Position numbers and translations under genes: made by a program. The notes beneath the pieces are model-generated. The model did not search any database, had not been told where the DNA came from, and saw nothing but the letters and a program-made list of their open reading frames with translations. A stretch of 64,000 bases of DNA, taken from NCBI RefSeq assembly GCF_009914755.1, contig NC_060925.1, one strand, 5' to 3'. This DNA is from the human T2T-CHM13v2.0 reference genome, Homo sapiens. This document shows positions 13,290 to 25,476 of this stretch, in pieces (position 1 is the stretch's first letter; each line of letters starts with the position of its first letter).

Positions 13290-14319
13290 AGATGTATTCT
13301 TCAGAAGTTTACAATGTAAAGACTAACATAAATATAAATGGTTACAACATGTTAAACGATATAACAGGGTATGAACAAAGTATTTTAGGAATAGCAAACT
13401 GCCTGAGGAAGTTAGAAAAGACGTCACAAAAGTGATGTGTATGTGTGTAGCTGTTGTTGTTGTTGTTGTTTTTAATGGGAGTTCCATGGGGTAAAGAAAG
13501 AAGGGAGGGCATTCAAGAAGAAGAAACTACATATGCAAAGAGACAGGTATCTGAAAGAGCAAGTGGAAGTGGAAGGTGGGGGAACAGGAGGAATGAGACA
13601 TAATGGCCAGGTTTCCAGCATGGAACACTGGACAGATGATGACTTCATTAGCAGACCAGGTAAATGACAGATGAAGCAGATTTGTGGGGTAAAGGGAGTT
13701 GAGGGGATCAATTGAATCAATAAGCAGTTAAGTAGTTGCTTCTGGAATTCAAAAGAGCAATCAGTATTGGAGAAGGATATTTAATGGAAGTACCATTGTA
13801 GTTACTACGGGTATATAAAACTGCCAGGTCATAAAAATAAAAGGTAGCCAGGGAATACCAATAAACAAGTGACATGCGGAGGAAAAGGCAATAATGAAAG
13901 AAACTGAGAAGAGCTGACAGAAGTAAAAATAAATTATCTGTAGCTACAGTTCTCAATCATGTGGTCTTAGTGCCCTTGGAAAGGCATTACAAGAAAATTA
14001 TTACCAAAATACAGGTAAAGTACTGAAGTGTGCTATAATTTTATAAGTTTTTTTATTTTCATAAACAGGCACAGTCAAGATTGTCACTTTAAAAGTTATT
14101 CTCACTCGCATGCATTCTTCACTGCAGGAGAAAGGGATCAAATTAAAATTGGTGTGCCAGGAATTGTGCATAAGCCTGGGTTGCCCATGGGAGTGTTAGC
14201 TGGCAATGTGCATTGCAGAAGAAATAAAGGAGACTGGAAATGCCACTCTCTAGTTTATGTATTGCTTTTGCATGTGTGTCATTTCATGATGTCCTGGAAT
14301 TAGCATGGGATTTATAGTG

Positions 14320-14450
14320 CAAAGGATTTGGTTATGAATCCAAATTTTCCTCCACTTAGCCAAGTTACACAGCTTTTCAGAAGCCTGTTTCTTCACCTAC
14401 AAAATAAAGATACTAACTCTCTGTCCCATGTCATAACAAGAATTAAACAA
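14320..14450. mobile_element. MIR fragment
   Basis: gaatccaaattttcctccacttagc...cctgtttcttcacctacaaaataaagatacta resembles the MIR core. Confidence 0.55.
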
Positions 14451-14453
14451 CTA

Positions 14454-14796
14454 CAGACATGTGTCACATAATGATATTTTGGTCAACCATGGACCCCATA
14501 TATAATACCATGGTGATCCCATAAGATTAGAGTACTGAATTTTTTCTATATGTTTTCTATATTTAGATATGCAAGTGCTTACCATTGTGTTACAATTCCC
14601 TGGAGTATTCAGTATAGTAACACACTGTAGGATTTTGTAGCCTAGGAGCAATAGGCTGTACCATAGAGCCTAGGTGTGTGGGAAGCTATACCATCTAGAT
14701 TTGTGTAAGTGAACTTTATGATGTTCACACAATGACAAAATCACCTGTCAATGCATTTCTTAGAATGTATCCCTGTCATTAAATGACACATGGCTG
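14454..14796. mobile_element. Tigger3a/MER7A-like TcMar-Tigger MITE
   Basis: TIRs cagacatgtgtcacataatga and tcattaaatgacacatggctg; TA on both flanks (14452-53 and 14797-98); ~343 bp. Confidence 0.85.
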
Positions 14797-16021
14797 TACT
14801 TGTATGGAGAGCTTATAGTTTAGTGGAGGATCTTCCCCAACTTACAAATTTAAGTACAATTATTAATAGAACATGAGTTAGGGATTGCTCATTCTGGTGA
14901 GAGCATAGACAGATATTTAGAAGATGGTTTCAACCAGGAATTAAAATACTTGAAGAGGCAGGAGCTTGGCTTTATTTCATTTCTGTCTGTACTCTTGCCC
15001 TGAAATTGGAAAATTTTCAGTTCTAAGCCAATGCTTTGTTCATTGTTAAGCATTCTATAAAATGTTAAATCAATATTTTTTTGTTTTGAACTTGAATAGT
15101 AGACAGTGGTTACCGCCTTTTGAAATTAGCACACAAACAGGTGTCTGCTGCTTGATTTTTTATCTCTAATACCAAGTATCTCAAAAACTGAAAGTCCAGC
15201 AGGGATTAGATCTTCTATGTGCCAAAAGGGTAATGATTTTGAGTCTGAACTTTAGCCTTTTTCCAAATTTTTGCTTCCCAAATCTAAAACAAACAAAAAA
15301 AGATACACTGTGTATGAAGACAAAATTAAATAAAATCTGGCTCACATTTAGTGCAATGGTACTAAATTGATCAAATAGTATTTCCCAATTTATGACCAAG
15401 TTTAAATCAGGAAAGAATCTAGGTGCCCCAATCTGGCGATGGTTTTTGCCCTGTCTTCCAAGAACACCCTGTACAATGCTGAACACACAAGGCTGTAGTC
15501 AGTGCGAGTCGTAATAACATATGTCTCCGACCTTCTTTCAAAACCAGATATCATTTTTTATAAATGATATATTGTTCTATATTTTGTACACTTCTTCTAC
15601 TTTCCATCATATGATTGAAAATGGAAGGTAAAATAAATCATTTAAGCCATTTGAGATGTCACTCAACAAGAAGTTCCTAAATCCAGAAAAATGAATTGCT
15701 TTGAAAAGCAGAAAAAAAGTCCTTATTTCTCTCTTGTCTGCTTTTTCTTCTGAAAATATACACAGGATAAGATAGACAAAAACATCCAGTAGGATGGAGA
15801 AAAGAATGGGGTTCACATTGCTGAGCAATTCATGCAGCGATTTATGATATAACTTACAAAGTATTTCCCTGCAAAAATATAGTTTTCATGTTTCATTATT
15901 TGTACTAGTCAATGGTGTATAGGAAGCATATACCTATGTATGTACTTCAGTGGGTACTCTAAGGAAACCCTAGTGACTGTCTTCTAGTGCATGATATTTA
16001 TTGCTTTCTCTCAAACACTAG

Positions 16022-17347
16022 GGCTTGTATGCTGTGGGGAATTTCCTGCCCAGTGATGAGAGTATGTTTCAGCACAGAGACGCCCTCAGGTCTCTGACAG
16101 ACCTCAATCAAGATCCCAACCGACTTTTATCTGCTAAAAATGGTAGCAGCAGTGATGGAATTGCTCATACAGAAGGCATCCTCAACCGAAACCACAGAGA
16201 TGCTAGCTCTCTGACAAATCTCAAAAGAGCAAATGCTGATGTGGAAATCATTACTCCACGGAGCCCCATGGGGAAGGAGAACATGGTTACCTTCAGCAAT
16301 ACCTTGCCGCGAGCCAATACCCCATCTGTAGAAGACCCTGTCAGAAGAAATGCGAGCATTCATGCCTCTATGGATTCCGCTCGATCAAAGCAGCTCCTCA
16401 CCCAGTGGAAGAATAAGAATGAAAGTCGAAAGTTGTCCTTGCAAGTTATAGAGCCTGAGCCTGGGCAGTCACCACCCAGATCCATAGAAATGAGGTCAAG
16501 CTCAGAGCCATCGAGGGTAGGGGTGAATGGAGACCACCATGGTCCTGGCAATCAGTACCTCAAAATCCAGCCTGGCGCTGTCCCCGGATGTAACAACAGC
16601 ATGCCTGGAGGGCCAAGAGTGTCCATTCAGTCCCGTCCTGGGTCCTCACAGTTGGTGCACATCCCTGAGGAGACTCAGGAAAACATAAGCACCTCCCCCA
16701 AAAGCAGCTCTGCTCGGGCCAAGTGGTTAAAAGCTGCTGAAAAGACTGTGGCCTGTAACAGAAGCAACAGCCAGCCCCGAATCATGCAAGTCATAGCCAT
16801 GTCCAAGCAGCAGGGTGTCCTCCAAAGCAGCCCCAAGAACACTGAAGGCAGCACGGTCTCCTGCACTGGCTCCATCCGCTATAAAACCTTGACAGACCAT
16901 GAGCCCAGTGGGATAGTGAGGGTTGAGGCTCACCCAGAGAACAACAGGCCCATCATACAGATCCCGTCCACTGAAGGTGAAGGCAGTGGCTCCTGGAAGT
17001 GGAAAGCCCCTGAAAAGGGCAGCCTTCGCCAAACTTACGAGCTCAACGATCTCAACAGGGACTCAGAAAGCTGTGAGTCTCTGAAAGACAGCTTTGGTTC
17101 TGGAGATCGCAAGAGAAGCAACATTGATAGCAATGAGCATCACCACCACGGAATTACCACCATCCGCGTCACCCCAGTAGAGGGCAGCGAAATTGGCTCA
17201 GAGACGCTGTCCATTTCTTCTTCCCGCGACTCCACCCTGCGGAGAAAGGGCAATATCATTCTAATCCCTGAAAGAAGCAACAGCCCCGAAAACACTAGAA
17301 ATATCTTCTACAAAGGAACCTCCCCCACACGGGCTTATAAGGATTGA
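16022..17347 (+). CDS. PLPPR4: PLPPR4 terminal coding exon: end of TM6 plus the ~430-aa Ser-rich cytoplasmic tail (GLYAVGNFLP...GTSPTRAYKD*)
   Basis: Acceptor ttgctttctctcaaacactag| at 16021; 440-aa ORF in the track, phase 0 with the previous exon, TGA at 17345-17347; recognisable PRG-1 C-terminus. Confidence 0.97.
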   Translation, partial: GLYAVGNFLPSDESMFQHRDALRSLTDLNQDPNRLLSAKNGSSSDGIAHTEGILNRNHRDASSLTNLKRANADVEIITPRSPMGKENMVTFSNTLPRANTPSVEDPVRRNASIHASMDSARSKQLLTQWKNKNESRKLSLQVIEPEPGQSPPRSIEMRSSSEPSRVGVNGDHHGPGNQYLKIQPGAVPGCNNSMPGGPRVSIQSRPGSSQLVHIPEETQENISTSPKSSSARAKWLKAAEKTVACNRSNSQPRIMQVIAMSKQQGVLQSSPKNTEGSTVSCTGSIRYKTLTDHEPSGIVRVEAHPENNRPIIQIPSTEGEGSGSWKWKAPEKGSLRQTYELNDLNRDSESCESLKDSFGSGDRKRSNIDSNEHHHHGITTIRVTPVEGSEIGSETLSISSSRDSTLRRKGNIILIPERSNSPENTRNIFYKGTSPTRAYKD

Positions 17348-19920
17348 GTGATGTCCATTCCATCATTAGGGCTACTCGCAAAAGACCATATGTTGATTCT
17401 ACCTGTGTTCTGTTCCAGCGAATTGGGAAGTCTCACCAAGCTAGATTGTCTACCATCAGCCCAGAACTCTGTAACTTTTCAGAACTGCTATACTCAAACT
17501 TGCAGATCTCACATCAAGGAGAGGGAAAAGCACAATGCAAGAACCTAACTAACGTGATGATATGAAGAGTTTTCTTAAGACCTGTCGTCAAACTTAAAAG
17601 GTTTTGCAGAGGGCAGTATCAAAAGAAAGTGGTTTTCTTCAAATGTATACTATTTTACTTCCTGAATGTGCCAACTTTGGGGATTTTTCTTTATAGTGAG
17701 CTGTGGGAACCCAGAACACACACGTTTTCCCTACAGCAGAGGCCATGCAGTATTATATATTCATTTTGCAGAATCTGCACCTACAGCTCAATACGGGTGG
17801 TGCTGATTATTATAGTACATATACCATGTAAACTCTCAAACTCTATTTAGCTGTGAAATAGTGGTGTGCAATTCCTTGTTAAAGAAATGCTACTTTATTA
17901 AGAAGATGCTGGCTGCTTTGTGTTAGAATAGGACACCCCGCAGCTTCTCTGTAGTGGCTCTGTCACAGTCAAAAAATGAAAAGGTTTTTGTGCGTTTCTT
18001 CAAAATTCTGCTTTCTTCAACATCAAAAATTGTGTAGAAATATTTTCAGTGAAAGGGAATAACTAGTACTTTTCTGCATAGTTTTTCTTCTGCTTACTTT
18101 TTATTTAAGTATAGGTACTGCTAATGAATCTGTTTTCTTAGTGAGTAAATTTGCATAATTTTATAAATATTATTTTAGAGAATCTTTTGAAATTGTTGTG
18201 ATCATATTTTGCTTTCTATGGCTTCTCCTTAACTTATTGATTAATTTTTTGAAGTTATAGATATGTTCTCCTATTTTAAAAGCAAAAATAACAATTGACA
18301 TTCCTTGAGCAAAATATACTGCTGTGAATTTGCAAACAAGAAATCTGAGCCAAAACTTGACATTGTGGGTTACATTGCCAGAAATGTTGGTCAAGTTTGC
18401 CCTTAGATGTCTACAACTAGCTGGCATAGGTTGCCATCTTAACAAGTAATCTAAAAGTCCCATTCGGTTCTACATTATTAACTTTTTTTTTCTATATCCT
18501 GATGACCAGTAAATTAGAGCCACACTGGTTAAGTTTGACTCGTCTCTAAAACGTTTTTGTTAATTGGACACCAAGAGGAAGAATCTGAAAAAAAAATGCA
18601 TGTTGGTAAGTAAAAGTATCTCACGGTACAAATTAAGAATGACTTTCTTCAAAATATCTGAATAGGTGCAGTTTTAGTTTAACATGCAAACAACCATTGT
18701 TGCTACCTATCCTGAATCAAGCCTTGAGCCTAAATCAAAGCAAACCAATACCATTGATAAGAAGAAGATAAAAACAAAATATTTTGGAGTGTTTTCCAAC
18801 TTAAAGTATGAAGACATACTCAGTTCTTGGAACTTAGTATTAAACCTTTTTTATGCCATTTCATAAGAATTCCGATATATACTTGATGATTGCCAAGGGG
18901 ATGAAAGGAAACAACAGAGATGGTTGATCTGATCTTAGCTCACTTTCCAATAACAGAAGGAGTTGTTTACAGATGAATAGTATCACATCATTATCAATTT
19001 CCACATGAAAAAGGTGGAGCTTTCTAGAAAAACCAACCTCTAAGGCATTAGGAATTTAGCTGAAACCAGCAGAATTGAAAACTCTGGCAATAAAACATGG
19101 ACTCAACCATATCCCTTCTGGCAATTTCCTTCTCAGAGAGGGGAGTGGGAATAAAATGTTGCCTTCCCCACTTCTCACCACCACCGCCATCATGACGCTC
19201 ATACTGGCTTTTGCCTGTTTGTAGAGGAAAAGGTGGGCTGGTTTTAGTACTCTGAAGGACAAAAACAAGCAAACAAAAACCCCTGCTGCAGCATTTCAGG
19301 TGCAGTATGATATTTCCTAATCTTTCCTATTTCTTAACAAAAGATTTTAAAGTACTTCTCTAGTCATTGAAGTTTTTTTTTCTTTACATAAATATTGATA
19401 TATTCTTTTTCTACTCAAAGTGCCAAAGGCTACAGTTTTTAATGACTTAACAAATTGTACCACATTGTTAAGGACATATAATGATAGACACTAGAACTCA
19501 GACCTCTGCATGTATATTTGATAACATGTCTTTTGTAAAACAAAAATTACAAAAAAATTTGTTTACATTCCACTGGTACCTTAATTTAAAATAAATCAGA
19601 CTAAAAGGTGGTATCTCTTCTTAGTGTTCTATTTATCTTATTTGCTAATGGGAGCACTTCTTCCTTTGTTAGGCTGTGCTTTACTGATAAAACCAAGTAT
19701 TGAATAAAGAGAGTTAATTATCTTTTTAAAGTAAATAAAATTATGAAAATATATATAGTATATATAAAGTACTGTGTTTAAAAAAATGTTATGCAATGTT
19801 TTCCAAACTGATAAAGTTTGTAAAGTGCTATAAATGTATTTTGTTAAGTACAGATAAAAGCTATTGTGTGAGTATATTGTGCTAAAATCATAGAAATAAA
19901 GATTAGATTTCTTCATCAAA
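17348..19920 (+). other. PLPPR4: PLPPR4 3'UTR (~2.6 kb, AU-rich, no obvious transposon)
   Basis: Follows the stop codon and ends just after AATAAA at 19895-19900; contains several miRNA seed matches. The exact 3' end is inferred. Confidence 0.75.
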
Positions 19921-19945
19921 ATTGGAATAGTTTGGTTTTTACTTC
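19895..19945 (+). terminator. Probable main cleavage/polyadenylation signal of PLPPR4
   Basis: AATAAA at 19895-19900, CA dinucleotides ~15-18 nt downstream, then a G/T-rich element (gtttggttttt); TGTA motifs lie upstream. Confidence 0.7.
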
Positions 19946-21866
19946 AGAGTCTGAATAGATAATAGCTTGGCTTGTAGGAAAATAACTGAGGAAATAAGAA
20001 AAAATCAGAATTGATTAAATTCATAATTGTTTAGGAATGGGTTACAACTAAGAAAGAAAAGTTTCTCAATCTATGACATGTTTTCTTATTGTTAGAATTT
20101 TCTTTTATGCTTATTAAAGGAGCTCTTTTATACTTTACACATATTTTTGCATATCAATGTTACAGTGTATGAAAAAGAAAATATGAAGGACTTGACTAAG
20201 AGTAGTTGATGTACTTATTTTCCCAAACAGTAGAGACCTTTATGTCATCATGGCCATTGGCGTTGCAGCTTTTCTTAAAAGAATGCTTCACCATTAACTC
20301 CACGATATTCTTTCAAGCCATTAAGGCTCATTATATTAATTTTACTGCTGATGATTTGTACATCTCACTGGAAGGTATTAGCACAAGTTTTTAGACCACA
20401 ACCAGAACTTAGGATTTACTCAAATGGTCCTAAGGAGTTTGTTGAATGATATGTGAAGTTACAAACATCCAGTAATGCCACCAAGTTCATGTAGCTGTCC
20501 AATTGCAACAAAGTTCATACATACCAGGCAACAACATCACAATCACTACCTGGCCAACAGCCAATGTAAGATACTATTGATTGTAGGAAACACCCTGGTT
20601 TTAGAGAAGTTAACATGTGAAAAAACAATGTGTATCTTATATAATGGGTGAAATACAGTTTCTCTAGGTCTTTAAATTAAACTTCTCTAGGTCTTGATTT
20701 TTTCATTTCTAAAATGGAGACATTCAGCCATATTTCCCTTCTAAAGGATGTCCTAAAGTTCTCAATTTCTATGGATTATCATTATGTATTTTATCCAATG
20801 AGCAAAAACTGGTAAGAAAATAGGAAATAACTTGATGATCTAAAATAACTAACTAATTAGTATTGCCATCTTTGACTACAAGGTTAATAGAAGCAAGCCA
20901 ACTGGGGCTGCTGAAAGCCTACATCAACTATTTCACCACATAACATATCAAAACAGGTGACCTGTATACGTATACCCCTAGTCCTAGTACCTTTCTCATG
21001 AGGCAACAGTTGAGTAGATTCTTGGTTATTATACACCTAGGAAGCTATCATTAAGGGCCCTGCTATTTCTGTCTTTTATAGGTCAAGTCTTTACTTGATC
21101 TCTATGGGTAATTTCATATTACAGGTCAAAGGGAAAATGAATATGTATGCATGATTCAGAGAGTAATGTAATTAATATAAATGAAAAAATCAAAATGAAT
21201 TAAGATGATTTAATCTAAAAAAACAACAACCATGACTTGGAAAATTGTCAAAGGCCTGTCTGTGATTGGATATTTCATTTCCTCTGCTTAAATATGTTTC
21301 TGCCTTTATTCTGTAAGAAGATTCTAAAATGCCCTAGGATCAAATATTCCCATTTGAAGAAAGCATATATTTCAGTAATAGTATATAGATTGCAAGTAAG
21401 ATCTATTTATAGAAGATCCCCATTGACGATGCTTTCAAGTTGAAAGAACATTTAGATAAGCCATTTGATATAGAAGTGACTTTTATTTCACGGTCAAAAC
21501 AATTGTCAGCCAAAGAAAGTTCCTAATTTTGTGTATTTGTGCACCACAGTAAATGACAAGTGAAACTATAGTTCTGCCACCAATTCTACTTCACGAACTT
21601 GAATGCCCTTTTCATCTCCTTTACTCCCCTACCTTAAGATTCTGTCATTGCCTATGAGAAAAATGTATCTAAATTCTAAAGTTACATTTTCAAAATGGTA
21701 CAACTGACCATTAGATAAATGAGTTTGAAGAAGAGAAAATATGAAAATTGCATTTGTATAAAATCTCATTTTCTATTTATCACTTTGTATGCCTGGCTAC
21801 TTCCTTATAAGAATGAGAGAAAGGAAGTCAAGGATAAGCCTCTTTGTCTTTAAAAAGATGACATAA

Positions 21867-22208
<342 letters not shown>

Positions 22209-22329
22209 TTATAATCCACTTGATTGACCCAAACTAGATCCAGTGAAACTTTTCCTTTTATGAGTAATGCTTTTAAGGTCAAATCTAGAATATTAACATA
22301 ATTCTCAAAACTCAACAGTAGAAAAAAAC

Positions 22330-22975
22330 AGAGTAAATTAAAAAAGTAAAAATGTAAAATAAAAATGGACAAAAATATGTACAGAAGTTTCACCAAAAAA
22401 GCATATACAGATGGCAAATAAACACGTGAATAGATATTCTGCATTGTTAGCCATTTGGAAAATGCGAATCACAACCACAATGAAATATCAGTAGTCATCT
22501 ATCAGAATGATTAACATTAAAAATAGTAATAATATCAAAAATAGCAATAATGTGGAGAAACTGAATCACTCATATACTGCTGGTGGGGATGTAAAAGGTA
22601 CAACCACTCTGAAAAACAGATTTATAATTTATTTTAAAAACTGAGCATACACTTAACCACACAACCCAGCAATTGCACTCTTGGGCATTTATCCCACAGA
22701 AATGAAAACTTATCTGCCCACAACAAAAATGGTACATATATATTCATAGCTTCTTTATTACTAATAGCTAAAAACTAGGAATAACTCCGGTGTCCTTCAA
22801 TGGGTGAATGATTAAACAAACTATTATATAATCATATCACAGAATATTATTCAGCAATAAAAAGAAATGAACTATTGACACCCCCACTAACTTGATTGAA
22901 TCTCCAGAGAATTATATGGAATGAAAAAGCCAACACCAAACAGTTATACAATGCATGAATTTATCTCATGTAATA
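22330..22975 (+). mobile_element. Ancient L1M 3' fragment
   Basis: Diverged ORF2 C-terminal motifs (acccagcaattgcactcttgggcatttatccc, caatgggtgaatgattaaacaaact). Confidence 0.75.
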
Positions 22976-23019
22976 AACAGTATAGATACAAGCAATCTGT
23001 ATTTGGAGAGGTGGATTTT

Positions 23020-23406
23020 CATCTTTAATACATGGCTTTCAAGGTTGTTCTAATTGCCACAATTTCCAAGCAGAAGTAGGAGTAGGAGGGAGGAAGTCAA
23101 GGATAAGTAGCTTTACCTTTAAGAAGATGACATAACTGGCATCCGTTATTTATGATCTACCCAACTGGCCCAAACTATTAGTCTGGGGCAAAAGTAATTA
23201 TTATGTTGGTCCCATTGAAAGTAATGGCAAAAACCGCGATGACTTTTGCACCAACCTAATAGATTACCTTGCTGCAAGACAGGCTGAAGAATGTACTCTC
23301 TAGCTGGGAGGCCCTGGGCCCAGCTAAAATTGTGTGTGCATCTTTTCTAAGTAGGTAGAAGAGGATGAGAATAATTCCTGGGGACTAATGATCAGTCTCT
23401 GTCATA
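23020..23406. mobile_element. MLT1(J/K)-like MaLR LTR remnant, interrupted by MADE1
   Basis: gctgcaagacaggctgaagaatgtactctctagctggg...gcccagctaaaatt...cagtctctgtcata matches my recall of the MLT1 terminus; the left boundary is approximate. Confidence 0.6.
23178..23259. mobile_element. MADE1 (Hsmar1-derived MITE)
   Basis: Right arm aatggcaaaaaccgcgatgacttttgcaccaacctaa is near consensus; central ttgaaagtaa; the left arm is degenerate; TA on both flanks. Confidence 0.88.
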
Positions 23407-24329
23407 CCAGCTTCAAAACTCTTCACAATCTAACCTGCAAATTCCTATAGTCTACTACTTCTCCAGGAAAACCTGTTTGATAGACATATAGATAGATGAT
23501 AGATAGGTAATTAAACATTTTTAAATAATCAAATAATTAATCTTCTGACATCACTAGAGTTAGTACATTTTTTAAAAGGGCTAACCTCATCTCTCCTTTT
23601 TGAAACTACTTAAAGATCCTTGATCTGTATGACCAATGCATTTACTTAATCATACAATTTGTATGATTAATCAATTTGATAAATGAGACATTGAATATTT
23701 ACTACACACTGAACTGTAAGTTCTTTATAAGCAGTTCTAGCACAACAGGTGTTTAATAGATACAGAATAATTGAATGAGTACAGTGTGTTCTATCTACTG
23801 TGAATAAAAAATAAATAAAATAAGTAAATGAGACTTATTTGGAAGAGAAAGGAATGGTTGTCCATTTGATTGTGCCCTGAAGTTCCAGTTTCTCAAAAAT
23901 CCACTCTGAGACCCTGAAGCCAAACTTATGCTATTTATGCTTTTCCCTTTTTTCTTATTTGAAGCATGTTTAAAAAGTGTTGACATAGTATAAGCCAGAT
24001 TTCTTGGAACAAGCTGTCTTCTCACAATACATATGATTTAGCAACAGTTGTTTTTTCAGATGTTCCCACCTCCACAGTAATCTTTGTGGAGGCAAGTGAC
24101 AATAAAGTATACCTACTTATTCCAACATTTAAAAAACAAAACAAAACAAAAAAAAACAGAAAACCCTTTGTATAGTCAAGCATGCAAGGTTTTTTTCTTA
24201 ATTCAAAATCAAATAATAGACCAGGACCTACAGTGATTTCTTTGTACCTGGCGTATCCACTGCACTCTTCTTGCTACTCAATGTGCCACTCGAATATCAC
24301 AATATTTTTCAGAATTCTAGAGTAGTGAG

Positions 24330-24510
24330 AGTCTTTGTGGTCAGACTGACAAGTATTCAAATTTCAGCACCACCTACTGTGTGCCTCAGTTTTCTTATCT
24401 GTACAATAAGTATAATAATTTAGGGTTGTTATGGGGATTAAATGAATAAATATAGGTACAATATTTAAAATACTATGTGACATTTAGTAAGCAGCACATA
24501 AATGTTCTTT
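24330..24510. mobile_element. MIR fragment
   Basis: ctgtgtgcctcagttttcttatctgtacaataagtataataat...agggttgttatggggattaaatga. Confidence 0.7.
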
Positions 24511-24554
24511 CTTAGTTTTATTATTTGGAAGTGTTCTGTGGCTTCTTTATCTCC

Positions 24555-24990
24555 AGTCCTCACTTCTCCCTAGAATTCTAGACTCAAATATGTAACTCCC
24601 TACTTCATTGATATCTTTACTTAAATATCTATAACTATCTCATATTTAACATTTGCAAAATACACTTCCTGATTCCTACTCCCAAACTTGTTTATTTCTC
24701 TTAGTAATATCTAACTCTCCACCCTCCCACCACAGCTGCTAAAGAAAAATTCTAAACTCTGTCCTTAATCCATTCTTTTCTCTCACCATTCACTCTCAAA
24801 CTAAGTCTTATCAGCTCTTCCTCCAAAATATAGGATCGCTTTTCCTATCATCACTGCCTTTACCCTTAGCTATCTCACCATCAACTCTTGATACTCTTAT
24901 CCAGGCTTGGGGGCTCCCCTTATAGTCTTCAGGTGGCAGTCAAGGTGAACTTCTTAAAAAAAAATCAGATCAGATCTCCTCCAAATATTC
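24555..24990 (+). mobile_element. L2 fragment
   Basis: C/T-rich diverged L2 body (ctccagtcctcacttctcccctagaattctagactc...catatttaacatttgcaaaa). Confidence 0.5.
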
Positions 24991-25440
24991 TCCAAATGGC
25001 TTATGGAAATTCAGATTCTAAAAAGATTGAAACTTCAGATATGGCTATCCAGTTTCCTTCACTGGCAGATAGGTTTCCTCATGAACAAATTTCAATATTC
25101 AGTGATGTTATCTATGAGATGCAGAAAGTAGAATGAATTCAATCTGAGCAGAGGACCCAGTGAGAAAAGACTGCCACTGTCACTTTTACTTCAGTGACAT
25201 TACTCATAGGGTCTAAGACTATCTAGTGACCTCAATTAATCAAAAGTTACCTCTATTATTAATACCCCAAAACAATTATTTTAATTATACAATTGGTAAA
25301 TAATTATGATTCACATTCAACATGTCTATGTTTCAGGCACTCCGTTAGATTTAAATCTTTCAACGTTTCATCATAGTGATAGAAAATGGGTTTTCAAAGA
25401 TCCCAAAAGTTCTTTAGTTTGTTTATTTGGTAAGAATAAG

Positions 25441-25442
<2 letters not shown>

Positions 25443-25475
<33 letters not shown>
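25443..25475. repeat. (GT)n microsatellite
   Basis: About 16 GT units. Confidence 0.95.

Positions 25476-25476
<1 letters not shown>

Noticed and set aside
16127-17032. Several antisense ORFs overlapping the last PLPPR4 exon
   Set aside because: They are short shadows of a GC-richer coding strand, with no independent splice or poly(A) evidence.
17348-17548. 66-codon open frame continuing in frame right after the PLPPR4 stop (possible read-through extension)
   Set aside because: The stop context is TGA-GTG, not the leaky TGA-CTAG type, the peptide has no recognisable features, and an open frame of this length can occur by chance. Ribosome profiling would be needed.
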